A DNA stretch of 64,000 bases from Lysobacterales bacterium (GCA_017305135.1 JAFKNA010000007.1:55441-119440), one strand, 5' to 3'. Shown: positions 49,242-57,026, counted from the first letter of the stretch. Translations and numbers: made by a program. The notes: generated by a model from the letters alone, not told the origin.

Positions 49242-49532
49242 CTACCCGGTTGCCCCGCCGCTGATCGAGGCGAGGTAATCCACGACGGCCTGGGCGTGTC
49301 CTTCGAGGACCAGCTGGAGCGGGGTTCGATCCCCGAAGACGGCAACAGGAATGTCGCGCATCCAGCGCGCCACGGCGTCGATGTCGTCGTTGACCTCCAT
49401 TGCGGCGGCCATGACCCGGAGTACCGCTGGAGCGGAATCGCGGTCTGCGAAGATTCCCGCGGGCACGCCGAGCATTTCGGCGAGCTCCTCGGCTCCCATG
49501 CCTGCGAAGGCCAGCGGGGCGGGTGAAGTCAT
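49242..49532 (-). CDS. DUF2384 (Xre/MbcA/ParS) antitoxin, orphan
   Basis: IDAVARWMRDIPVAVFGDRTPLQLVLEGHAQAVVDYLASISGGA. Confidence 0.7.
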   Translation of the reverse strand: MTSPAPLAFAGMGAEELAEMLGVPAGIFADRDSAPAVLRVMAAAMEVNDDIDAVARWMRDIPVAVFGDRTPLQLVLEGHAQAVVDYLASISGGATG

Positions 49533-49540
49533 CGGTGCAC

Positions 49541-49854
49541 CGTGTCCGGCAGGTCATGCCATTGTACTTCCGCTCGGAGCAACACGGGTGCGTGGCTTGC
49601 GGATGAAGCGGCGCAACGAGCAGGTGAGTGCCGCTCGATGGGGCCGCTGCTGTGCCGCTGGGTCCGATCCGCTGATGGGAACGCCATGTAGGAGATGACA
49701 TCCCTCCGCGGTGCTATCCATGAGGTGGGCGCGGCTTCAGGAAGCTCGGGAAGTAGCTGCCCCGACGGAGCTTTGGGATCCGCGGCTCGGTGTGGCCGGC
49801 CCCATCCCGATGGAGGTCGCGGTTAGCATTGCGCTGCACCAGACGGGTCGGACT
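49541..49854 (-). pseudogene. IS256-family transposase remnant (left part, internally deleted)
   Basis: QRNANRDLHRDGAGHTEPRIPKLRRGSYFPSFLKPR (IPKLRxGSYFPSFL signature). In another frame, MAFPSADRTQRHSSGPIERH is a C-terminal-type motif. Confidence 0.6.
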
Positions 49855-51193
49855 CTGAGGTTTCCCCACGAACTTCCGTTCAGGCTCAGAGGCTTACCGC
49901 TTCGTAGGGTGGAAAGAGATGCGCGCATGGCGCAGTCTTCCAGGTGACGAACCAACGAAGGCTGCAGGCCCATGCGCGCCCAACGAGGATTGCAGAAGTG
50001 CCTGTCCGAGTGTCTGGAAGCCATGCACGCGATGCGGTGCCGAGTGCTGCTGCGTGCGGTGGAGGCGCTGATCGTGGGCCGCAGGTTGACCCTGATGGAT
50101 GTCGCACGCAGCTGGCCCGGCGCCGAACGGGTACGGGCGCCGCTGAAGGCCTTCGACCGCTTGCTCAGCAACCATCACCTGCACGCAGAGCGCGAGCGGC
50201 TGTATGCAGGAATGGCCCGATGGTTGTTGCGCGGCGAGCAACCGGTGATCGTCATCGACTGGTCGGACCTCAAGGCCGACAAGTCCTGGTGCCTGCTGCG
50301 CGCCGCGGTGCCCGTTGGCGGGCGCACCCTGCCGGTGCTGGACATGGTGTTTCCGGGCTCGCAGGCCGGCTCGCCCGCAGCGGAGCAACGCTTCCTGCAG
50401 CGCTTGCGCCATCTGGTTCCGGTGGGTGCCACGCCCATCCTCGTGACCGATGCCGGGTTCCGCAGCCCTTGGTTCCGCGCCGTGGAGAAGCACGGCTGGT
50501 ATTGGCTGGGCCGCCTGCGCCACCGCACCCTGATCAAGCCGGTGGACGCGCATGGCGATGACCAGTGGGTGCCCTCGCGTGCGCTGTACGAGCTGGCGGG
50601 CACACGGCCGCGCGACATGGGCCTCATGGATACGGTGCGGGGCCAACCCTGGACGTGCCGGGTGGTGTTGTATCGAAAGGCGCAGCGGGGCCGGAAGCAC
50701 CGCACGCTCCGGGGTGGCGCCGTGCGCAGCAGCCAGAGCCGCAAGTCTGCGCAGCGCGAACGTGAGCCTTGGCTGCTGGTGGCTTCCCCCGCGCTGGGCC
50801 TGAGCGCCCGCAACCTGGTGACGCTCTACGGCCGCCGCATGCAGATCGAGTCCTCGTTTCGCGACCTCAAGTCGCACCGCTACGGGCAAGGCTTCGAGGA
50901 CAGCCTCACCCGCACCGGGGCGCGCATCGAAATCCTTCTACTGGTGAGCGCGCTTGCCGCATTCGCCTGCTGGCTCGCCGGCCTGGCGAGCGAAGCACTG
51001 GGCATCGCGCACTGGCTCTCGCCCTATCGCACCATCCGCAAGCTCTACTCGATCCTTCGCATCGGCCGTGAGGCGCTGATCCGTGGCTGGCCGCTTGAGC
51101 GAACGACCCAGTGGCTCAGCCGCCTGCACGCCTTGCCCGATTCCGTTCTTGATCAGATGCAGGCCCCCGCGTGACTTCGTGGGGAAACCTCAG
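49855..51193 (+). mobile_element. IS10-like (IS4 family) insertion sequence, apparently intact
   Basis: 1339 bp. The 18-bp terminal inverted repeat CTGAGGTTTCCCCACGAA lies at 49855-49872 and inverted at 51176-51193. The 9-bp direct target duplication GGTCGGACT lies at 49846-49854 and 51194-51202. Confidence 0.9.
49972..51174 (+). CDS. IS4-family (IS10-like) DDE transposase
   Basis: 400 aa. Colinear with IS10 transposase as remembered: VIVIDWSDLK, ILVTDAGFRSPWFRAVEKHGWYWLGRLR, YGRRMQIESSFRDLKS. Confidence 0.93.
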   Translation: MRAQRGLQKCLSECLEAMHAMRCRVLLRAVEALIVGRRLTLMDVARSWPGAERVRAPLKAFDRLLSNHHLHAERERLYAGMARWLLRGEQPVIVIDWSDLKADKSWCLLRAAVPVGGRTLPVLDMVFPGSQAGSPAAEQRFLQRLRHLVPVGATPILVTDAGFRSPWFRAVEKHGWYWLGRLRHRTLIKPVDAHGDDQWVPSRALYELAGTRPRDMGLMDTVRGQPWTCRVVLYRKAQRGRKHRTLRGGAVRSSQSRKSAQREREPWLLVASPALGLSARNLVTLYGRRMQIESSFRDLKSHRYGQGFEDSLTRTGARIEILLLVSALAAFACWLAGLASEALGIAHWLSPYRTIRKLYSILRIGREALIRGWPLERTTQWLSRLHALPDSVLDQMQAPA

Positions 51194-51288
51194 GGTCGGA
51201 CTCTTCTCCGTGCCCGCCACCGTATTCGCCTTCCAGCGCCATCAGGCAGTGGCTGCCAAAGGCGATCCCCTCCCCGGCAGATCGGTGT
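51194..51288 (-). pseudogene. IS256-family transposase remnant (right part)
   Basis: The reading frame continues across the IS10 target site (..VAGTEKSPTRLVQRNANRD..) and carries stops and frameshifts. Confidence 0.4.
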
Positions 51289-51435
51289 CCGCCGGATCCA
51301 GCCGGTGTAGGCCTGTTCGGTGCGCAAGCTGTAGTGCTTGGCGCGGATGCGGCTGCGCACCAGGCCCGTCAGGCGCGGCAGCCGGTCCGCGCCCTTCATC
51401 TCCGTTACGCCCCTGTTTGCAAGCTCGTAATCCAT
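51289..51435 (-). pseudogene. intI: integron integrase remnant (first ~49 codons only)
   Basis: [49 protein letters not shown] matches the IntI N-terminus (IntI1: [33 protein letters not shown], from memory). It is divergent from the cassette array. Confidence 0.7.
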
Positions 51436-51599
51436 TACATGCCCACCTGGCCCGGATACCACCGCCATATTCAGCTTGGCCGGCCCGAGCCGACACCGGC
51501 AAACTCTTGTGTTTCTGTAGGAAATCCGCTTGACCAGGCCGACGAAGTGTCGGAGGATCAGCGCTAGGCCCCGGCTTGGGGTGCTATATCTAGTTAGGT
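51436..51599 (+). other. attI region with recombination core GTTAGGT (51593-51599)
   Basis: Lies between the intI start and the first cassette. The core matches the GTTRRRY shared by all downstream attC R' sites. Confidence 0.5.
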
Positions 51600-52392
51600 G
51601 CGCTTGGAAATATCCTCGCAAAAGCAACTCCGGGAGCATGGCCAGCCAGACTTCTGCTACCTGTGCGGAGAGCCACTAGCGAACGGACTGCCTACCGACC
51701 GCGATCACTGCCCGCCGAAGGGATTCTTCTCACCCGCGGATCGTGAGAACTACCCGATCATTTTGCGGACCCACAAGCCGTGCAATCACCTCTGGCATGG
51801 CGCCGACGAACTTGTCGGCATCGTCGCTGATGCTCTACACACGAGAAGGAAGAGCTTTGACACGTCATTTAAAAAAAAGCTCGATGCAACCCTAGTCCCG
51901 TTCGGCCAAGCACTTGCCGCGGCTGTAACAAACCTTCCTCTCGCGCCCGCAGCGGCGCGGATCGTGCGCGGCATGCACGCACTGCTCTACAACGATTTCC
52001 TGCCACAACGCACTCAGAGCAAGTTCCACATTCCGCTGCCAGAAGCTGATCCACAAACGGGTCGCATGGTTCAGCCCCTAGATCAAACCTATGCGTTCTC
52101 TAGCACGGTGCGTAGGGCCATACTCACTGGCACAGCCGATGAGGTGCGTGCGTATAACGGCAGTTTCAGGTACGCGTGCACCTGGGACCGCTTGGATAGC
52201 GGAACGCCGATCTGCCTCGTGGTCTTTAACATCTACGCCTTCCATACACTCGCGCCAAAGGTCAGTAACTTTCCCAAGTGCTTCGTCGGCATGTACATTC
52301 CACGTCAGGCACCCGTAACCGCATCTTGGGTGTCTCCGCTAAAGGTGGAGCTGAAACGTGGAGAGGTGTTGGATCCGCTGCAGCGCACCTAA
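51598..52392 (+). CDS. cassette 1: HNH-like zinc-finger protein, unknown function
   Basis: FCYLCGEPL...DRDHCPPKGFF...HKPCNHLWH. GTG 51598 or TTG 51604 is the start. The stop TAA lies inside attC1. Confidence 0.6.
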   Translation: MRLEISSQKQLREHGQPDFCYLCGEPLANGLPTDRDHCPPKGFFSPADRENYPIILRTHKPCNHLWHGADELVGIVADALHTRRKSFDTSFKKKLDATLVPFGQALAAAVTNLPLAPAAARIVRGMHALLYNDFLPQRTQSKFHIPLPEADPQTGRMVQPLDQTYAFSSTVRRAILTGTADEVRAYNGSFRYACTWDRLDSGTPICLVVFNIYAFHTLAPKVSNFPKCFVGMYIPRQAPVTASWVSPLKVELKRGEVLDPLQRT

Positions 52393-52446
52393 CAATTCGT
52401 CCAAGCCGACGCCGCTTCTCGGCGCGGCTTAACTCAGGCGTTAGGC
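52387..52446 (+). repeat. attC 1 (60 bp)
   Basis: ACCTAAC...GCCGACGCCGCTTCTCGGCGCGGC...GTTAGGC, with internal dyad symmetry. Confidence 0.85.
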
Positions 52447-52479
52447 CGCTATCAACCGCTTCGACAACCGGAGAGAATC

Positions 52480-52752
52480 ATGGTCGAGCTGTTTGACAAT
52501 GACGAGACTGGATACCTCAGGTGGGTTCAGGCCAACCCGCACGGCTTCGTCGCAAACGTCGATCGCGCTGGGAGGGTGCCGCAATACCCCATGGTTCACG
52601 CAGCGACTCATGGCTCAATGTCCAGCGCCAAGATTGGCAACTTCACAACCGGCGACTACATCAAGTTCTGTAGCACTGATCTGGCTGCCCTGGAGCAATA
52701 TTCACAAACCAAGTTTGATCGGTCGCTGACCCGTTGTTCTACTTGTATGTAG
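52480..52752 (+). CDS. cassette 2: hypothetical 90-aa protein
   Basis: A single ORF fills the cassette. MVELFDNDETGYLRWVQANPHGFVANV... Confidence 0.6.
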   Translation: MVELFDNDETGYLRWVQANPHGFVANVDRAGRVPQYPMVHAATHGSMSSAKIGNFTTGDYIKFCSTDLAALEQYSQTKFDRSLTRCSTCM

Positions 52753-52765
52753 TCATGCGGGCGCG

Positions 52766-52876
52766 GCCTAACAGTTCGTTCAATCCGACGCCGCTTCGTT
52801 ACGCGAGCCACATGGCAGATAAAGCTTGCCATGTGTTCGCTCCACTACGCGGCGCGGCTTAACTCAGGCGTTGGGC
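52766..52876 (+). repeat. attC 2 (111 bp, long variant)
   Basis: GCCTAACAGTTCGTTCAATCCGACGCCGCTTCG...CGCGGCGCGGCTTAACTCAGGCGTTGGGC. Confidence 0.8.
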
Positions 52877-53169
52877 TGCAATTCGGATTGGAGGTTTTCA
52901 GTCGTGTCGCGTTGCCGTATCGGGTTCTGCAATCGCCAGCGCCAGAAAAGCAGTTTCGGCCAGGCTGCGCGGCGCGCACGGGCGTGGCGTGTGGAGGCTT
53001 CGGCTTCGGGGTGGCGCATCTTTCGGGGTATCGCAACGTCAGTAGTGCGGCTTCTTTCGGCCCGCCTCATCGCGGCTGTCTCTGGCAGGCTTCCGTCATG
53101 CGCTCCAGGCGTGGCGGGCTTCGCTTGCAGGCGCTTCGTGTTTCGGTCGCGGCGATTTGATACATTGCT

Positions 53170-53229
53170 GCCCAACAAGTCATTCAAGCCGACCGCGTTT
53201 CACGCGGCGGCTTAATTTCGGCGTTAGGC
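53170..53229 (+). repeat. attC 3 (60 bp)
   Basis: GCCCAACAAGTCATTCAAGCCGACCGCGTTTCACGCGGCGGCTTAATTTCGGCGTTAGGC. Confidence 0.85.
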
Positions 53230-53233
53230 GGCA

Positions 53234-53623
53234 ATGGACGAGAAGGTTAGCTCTCTACACAAAATTCTTGAGGCCATAGCTTCGCAACGAGGGCTACGCC
53301 TTGCTTATGACACGCACTACGATGCGGGGAACCTAGAACTTTCGTGGTGGCAGGGAAAGACGCGGCACCGTTTGGACTTTCAGCCGCTGCACGCTGAGCC
53401 TCTGCAAGTCACTCACCTGCTAGACACATATCCGTTCTTGCCAAAGCTGCTCCTTTGGTGTCGTCGCTACGTCCCAATGTTTCCCGTTCTTCCAAAAGTG
53501 CAATGGCAAACCCTTGGTTCTCTGCCGGAGCCCTACGCAAGGGAAAGCGTCGAGGAGTTGATACTAAGTGTGTTGCCACCTAACAGTTCATTCAAGCCGA
53601 CGCCGCTTCGCGGCGCGGCTTAA
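53234..53623 (+). CDS. cassette 4: hypothetical 129-aa protein
   Basis: The ATG lies 4 nt after the attC3 core. The ORF reads into attC4. Confidence 0.6.
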   Translation: MDEKVSSLHKILEAIASQRGLRLAYDTHYDAGNLELSWWQGKTRHRLDFQPLHAEPLQVTHLLDTYPFLPKLLLWCRRYVPMFPVLPKVQWQTLGSLPEPYARESVEELILSVLPPNSSFKPTPLRGAA

Positions 53624-53637
53624 TTCAGGCGTTAGGT
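53578..53637 (+). repeat. attC 4 (60 bp)
   Basis: ACCTAACAGTTCATTCAAGCCGACGCCGCTTCGCGGCGCGGCTTAATTCAGGCGTTAGGT. Confidence 0.85.
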
Positions 53638-53647
53638 GATTGAATAC

Positions 53648-54187
53648 ATGACTCGGCCAGTTATACGAAAGGCAACAGCCGACGATGCCGCAGAGCTGTC
53701 GATTCTCGCCGAATCCACATTCCGAGCGACATTCGCTGAAGCGAATACGGAGGCCAACCTTGCTCAACACTGTCGAGCCGCGTACGGTGAACCGATCCAG
53801 CGCTCTGAAATTCTTAGCTCAGAGGTACGCACCATCCTCGCAGAGTGCAACGAGTCATTAGTTGCGTATGCCCAGCTGCGCCTGTCAAAAGCACCGTCCT
53901 GTGTTGTGGGCACTCGGGCAATAGAGATTCAGCGGCTTTACGTCGCCCAGTCCTGGCATGGCCGAGGGCTTGCTCAGGCGCTAATGAGTGCTTGCCTCAC
54001 AGAGTCTCAGGCAGTTCAGGCCGATGTTGTGTGGCTCGGTGTGTGGGAGCACAATCCAAGAGCCATCGCATTCTACAAAAAGTTCGGCTTCGTCGAGGTT
54101 GGCGAGCACATATTCCAACTTGGCGAGGATCCCCAGCGGGACATTATCATGGTCAGGTTCAGCGAAGGCTCCCGTGCAATCACCTAA
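53648..54187 (+). CDS. cassette 5: GNAT-family N-acetyltransferase
   Basis: IRKATADDAAEL...IEIQRLYVAQSWHGRGLAQALMSA...NPRAIAFYKKFGFVEVG. The stop TAA lies in attC5. Confidence 0.85.
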   Translation: MTRPVIRKATADDAAELSILAESTFRATFAEANTEANLAQHCRAAYGEPIQRSEILSSEVRTILAECNESLVAYAQLRLSKAPSCVVGTRAIEIQRLYVAQSWHGRGLAQALMSACLTESQAVQADVVWLGVWEHNPRAIAFYKKFGFVEVGEHIFQLGEDPQRDIIMVRFSEGSRAIT

Positions 54188-54271
54188 CTATGCGTTCAAG
54201 CGGACCTGCGGGGAGAGGCTTTCTATGAACCGAGCGATGTCGGCCGCAGGCCGCTTAACGCGGCGTTAGGG
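54182..54271 (+). repeat. attC 5 (90 bp)
   Basis: ACCTAACTATGCGTTCAAGCGGACCTGCGG...CCGCAGGCCGCTTAACGCGGCGTTAGGG. Confidence 0.8.
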
Positions 54272-54275
54272 GCCT

Positions 54276-54713
54276 ATGAAAGGGACGTTCAATCGGATAG
54301 CACCAGCAGCATTCGCTGAGAAGACTGGCATTCCGCTGGGATGGATAGTCATTTCGCACCGCTGGATGCCTGACAAGTCCGAGCGCAGACGCGCGCACGG
54401 CAAGTGGTTTCGGCTTAAGAGTGCACATGGCACTTCCTACCGTGTCTTGCGTTTCTCAGCCAACCTCACGGGATCGCCTCCAGATAACCCAGGGGACTTG
54501 GTCTTGGACTGGCCTGCTTGGCTTGAGCTCAACGGCTATGCGGATGACGTGTCAGGGCCGCTTCAACTTGAGATCACTAAGGCAAGCTTGTGGCAGCTAC
54601 CTCAGCTCGCAGCATCCCACCCAGATCCTGCCATGCGCCTGTCCAGCATGCTGGGTCTTGTATCGGTCATTCTTGGCGTCTTATCCATCATTTTGGCGGT
54701 CGCACTTACGTAA
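54276..54713 (+). CDS. cassette 6: hypothetical protein with C-terminal TM helix
   Basis: 145 aa, ending MLGLVSVILGVLSIILAVALT. Confidence 0.6.
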   Translation: MKGTFNRIAPAAFAEKTGIPLGWIVISHRWMPDKSERRRAHGKWFRLKSAHGTSYRVLRFSANLTGSPPDNPGDLVLDWPAWLELNGYADDVSGPLQLEITKASLWQLPQLAASHPDPAMRLSSMLGLVSVILGVLSIILAVALT

Positions 54714-54720
54714 GGGCGGC

Positions 54721-54780
54721 CCCTAACAATTCGTCCAAGCCGACGCCGCTTCGCGGCGCGGCTTAACTCAGGTGTTAGGG
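54721..54780 (+). repeat. attC 6 (60 bp)
   Basis: CCCTAACAATTCGTCCAAGCCGACGCCGCTTCGCGGCGCGGCTTAACTCAGGTGTTAGGG. Confidence 0.85.
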
Positions 54781-54783
54781 CGC

Positions 54784-55125
54784 ATGACCAGCCTCACCGA
54801 AGATTGGCCAGACGATGCAGACGGCAGCGTGTTTCGCCGGCTTGTTGAACACGGCTTTGACTTCTCCAAACCGCACTCAGTTGACTACAACGTTGACTTT
54901 GAGAGTTGGCCGCCTGCCCAAGGCGCGATTGAGCTTCTAGACTCGCTGTACGGCCCTCTTACGCTCTACGATCCGGACGAGCATGGCGACGGCTACATCC
55001 AGTTTCAGATCCATGCGCCGGTAACGTATGAGGGCGTGACCGCCGTCCAGCGCAAGGTAAGTGCTGCCATGGAGCCGTATGGCGGTGTTTGCGAGTCCTG
55101 GGGAGTCATGCAAGATGCGCCCTAA
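54784..55125 (+). CDS. cassette 7: RraB-like (regulator of ribonuclease activity B family) protein
   Basis: WPDDADGSVFRRLVEHGFDFSKPHSVDYNVDFESWP. The family call is from memory of the RraB/DUF1260 pattern. The stop TAA lies in attC7. Confidence 0.55.
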   Translation: MTSLTEDWPDDADGSVFRRLVEHGFDFSKPHSVDYNVDFESWPPAQGAIELLDSLYGPLTLYDPDEHGDGYIQFQIHAPVTYEGVTAVQRKVSAAMEPYGGVCESWGVMQDAP

Positions 55126-55179
55126 CAATTCATTCAAGCCGACACCGCTTCGCGGCGCGGCTTAATTCAGGCGTTAGCC
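55120..55179 (+). repeat. attC 7 (60 bp)
   Basis: CCCTAACAATTCATTCAAGCCGACACCGCTTCGCGGCGCGGCTTAATTCAGGCGTTAGCC. Confidence 0.85.
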
Positions 55180-55189
55180 GCTACAGACC

Positions 55190-56446
55190 ATGCCAATCGG
55201 ACCGATCGCGCTCTTCGACAAATCCTTCATCCAGTCGCTCTCGGCTGATGAGGCCGTCTGGTTCGACCATTTTTTCCTATCCAACATTTGTCCAATTTTC
55301 TACGTTGAAACCTTAGCTGACCTATCGAAGGAGTTGAAAGAGGGGCGAACTGCAGAACACTTGGTCTCAACGATCGCCGACAAAACGCCTGAAATTCATG
55401 GCTCACCTTGTGTGCACCACTCCGAGCTCTGCGAAGCAAGTTTGTTTGGCTACGACGTTCCATTGACTGGTCAAATCCCACTAGCAGGCGGCAGACCTGT
55501 TCAAACCGGGGATCATCGGGGCGTTGTGTTCGTCAGGTCCCCTGAAGCGCAAGCCTTCCACAGGTGGCAACAACAGCGTTTCGACCTCGTAGAGCGTGAC
55601 TTCGCCTCCAATTGGCGGACTGCACTTAGCCAGACAAATCTTAAGAACTCCGCGAATAGGCTTGAGGCAATTGGCTGTCCTTCCTCTCCTTGCAAATCGC
55701 TTGACTTGGCCGCTCAGGTAGCCCGATCTACCGTTGATAACTTAGAAAATACCCACCTCAAGATCTCGTATCTGACTGCCTTGCTCGGGTTGAAGAACAA
55801 GCAAAGAGAGGAGGCCCTCTCTCTCTGGCGAAGAGCTGGATGCAGGCCTCTTCGAACGCACGCTCCTTATGCAGCGCACGTTCTAGAGATTGAAATATTC
55901 TTCCAGCTTGCCCTGACTTCAAGCTTGATCAGCGCCGATCGTCCTTCAAACAGAGTTGACATCGCCTACCTTTATTACCTTCCTTTTGCTCATTTTCTTG
56001 TCTCATCAGACAAGCTACATCGCTCCTCTACTCAAGCAATCGCCGGAGCAGATCGATTCGTGTGGGGCCCCGACCTAAAAAGAGACCTTCAAGCAATCAA
56101 CCTAGCGTTTCAGGCGACTACTCCACAGGAGCGTGAGAGCGGCCTTTCCGTTATCGCCCCTCACCCGCCGGACACGGGCGAATCGCTTGTCATCGAACTT
56201 TGGGACAAGTTCACACCCGCTTGGAGACGCATAAAAGAGGTTTCAACAGGCGCGTCGGGAGCCTCCAATTCAGCCCTAGCGCGCAGCATTCAAGAACTTC
56301 CCAATGCACCTACTGCCACAGGCCGTGAAGCGATTGAAATCATGCGTGACCCGCCATCTGTTTCAATCGAGAGACACGTCAGGGCACAGCGCGGTAGCTG
56401 GTGGCAGCTTCCCAAGTCGGTCACCGAGAAAAAGCGTAGCGGCTAA
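55190..56446 (+). CDS. cassette 8: 418-aa protein with PIN-like acidic motifs
   Basis: IALFDKSFIQSL, PIFYVETLADL and DIAYLYYLPFAHFLVSSDK suggest a PIN-like fold with a large insert. The stop TAA lies in attC8. Confidence 0.6.
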   Translation: MPIGPIALFDKSFIQSLSADEAVWFDHFFLSNICPIFYVETLADLSKELKEGRTAEHLVSTIADKTPEIHGSPCVHHSELCEASLFGYDVPLTGQIPLAGGRPVQTGDHRGVVFVRSPEAQAFHRWQQQRFDLVERDFASNWRTALSQTNLKNSANRLEAIGCPSSPCKSLDLAAQVARSTVDNLENTHLKISYLTALLGLKNKQREEALSLWRRAGCRPLRTHAPYAAHVLEIEIFFQLALTSSLISADRPSNRVDIAYLYYLPFAHFLVSSDKLHRSSTQAIAGADRFVWGPDLKRDLQAINLAFQATTPQERESGLSVIAPHPPDTGESLVIELWDKFTPAWRRIKEVSTGASGASNSALARSIQELPNAPTATGREAIEIMRDPPSVSIERHVRAQRGSWWQLPKSVTEKKRSG

Positions 56447-56530
56447 CAATTCGTTCAAGCCGAGCCCGCTTCGCGGCCTCGGCGCCACCCGGTTCGCCTC
56501 GGGCGGGCCGGCTTAACTCAGGCGTTAGCA
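56441..56530 (+). repeat. attC 8 (90 bp)
   Basis: GGCTAACAATTCGTTCAAGCCGAGCCCGCTTCGCGG...GGGCGGGCCGGCTTAACTCAGGCGTTAGCA. Confidence 0.8.
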
Positions 56531-56534
56531 CTGC

Positions 56535-57026
56535 ATGGACACTCCTCTGAAAGCCCGAGATATCATTCGATCAATTGTCGGGGGCGATCTTGCTGCCGCG
56601 CTCAAGTCAGCTGGGTTCAGGAAATCTGGCCTCACCTTTACGCGCCGCACCGGCTCTACAGGACAACTGATTCAGATACAGCTTTCTAGCTGGAGCCATG
56701 GGTCGTCCGGCACTTTCTTTGTGAACGTCGCTGTCATGTTTGATGACATGTGCGCAAAAGATAGAACTCCTCCAGTCCAGCCAAAATACGACGACTGCCA
56801 GTTCATGGCTCGACTTGAGCGAATTGTCCCGGAGGCACCTGCGCATTGGGGCGTTGATGCACAAACTTCCAGCGATGAAGTGTCAAGACTGCTAACCAAT
56901 TACCTAGTTAAGTCGGTAATTGAACCTCTAGATCAGGTTGCTTCATTGGCGGATTTCGAGAGAACGGGATGGGTCAAGGCAATCCCTTGGAGCTTCCCTG
57001 CGCCAACTTCCGCACTTCCCCTCTGA
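56535..57026 (+). CDS. cassette 9: DUF4304-like protein; no attC follows
   Basis: LKSAGFRKSGLTFTRRTGSTGQLIQIQLSSWSHGSSGTFFVNVAV. The downstream sequence runs into an IS1634-family element instead of an attC. Confidence 0.6.
   Translation: MDTPLKARDIIRSIVGGDLAAALKSAGFRKSGLTFTRRTGSTGQLIQIQLSSWSHGSSGTFFVNVAVMFDDMCAKDRTPPVQPKYDDCQFMARLERIVPEAPAHWGVDAQTSSDEVSRLLTNYLVKSVIEPLDQVASLADFERTGWVKAIPWSFPAPTSALPL

Noticed and set aside
52864-53187. 107-aa reverse-strand ORF in cassette 3
   Set aside because: It extends across both flanking attC sites and is extremely basic. There is not enough evidence to call it a gene, so it is reported only as a question.
52387-56530. Regularly recurring ~60-bp repeats considered as a CRISPR array
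   Set aside because: Spacing is 0.3-1.3 kb with full-length ORFs between the repeats. The repeats vary in length (60-111 bp), are internally palindromic and are bounded by RYYYAAC/GTTRRRY cores. This fits attC sites, not CRISPR repeats.
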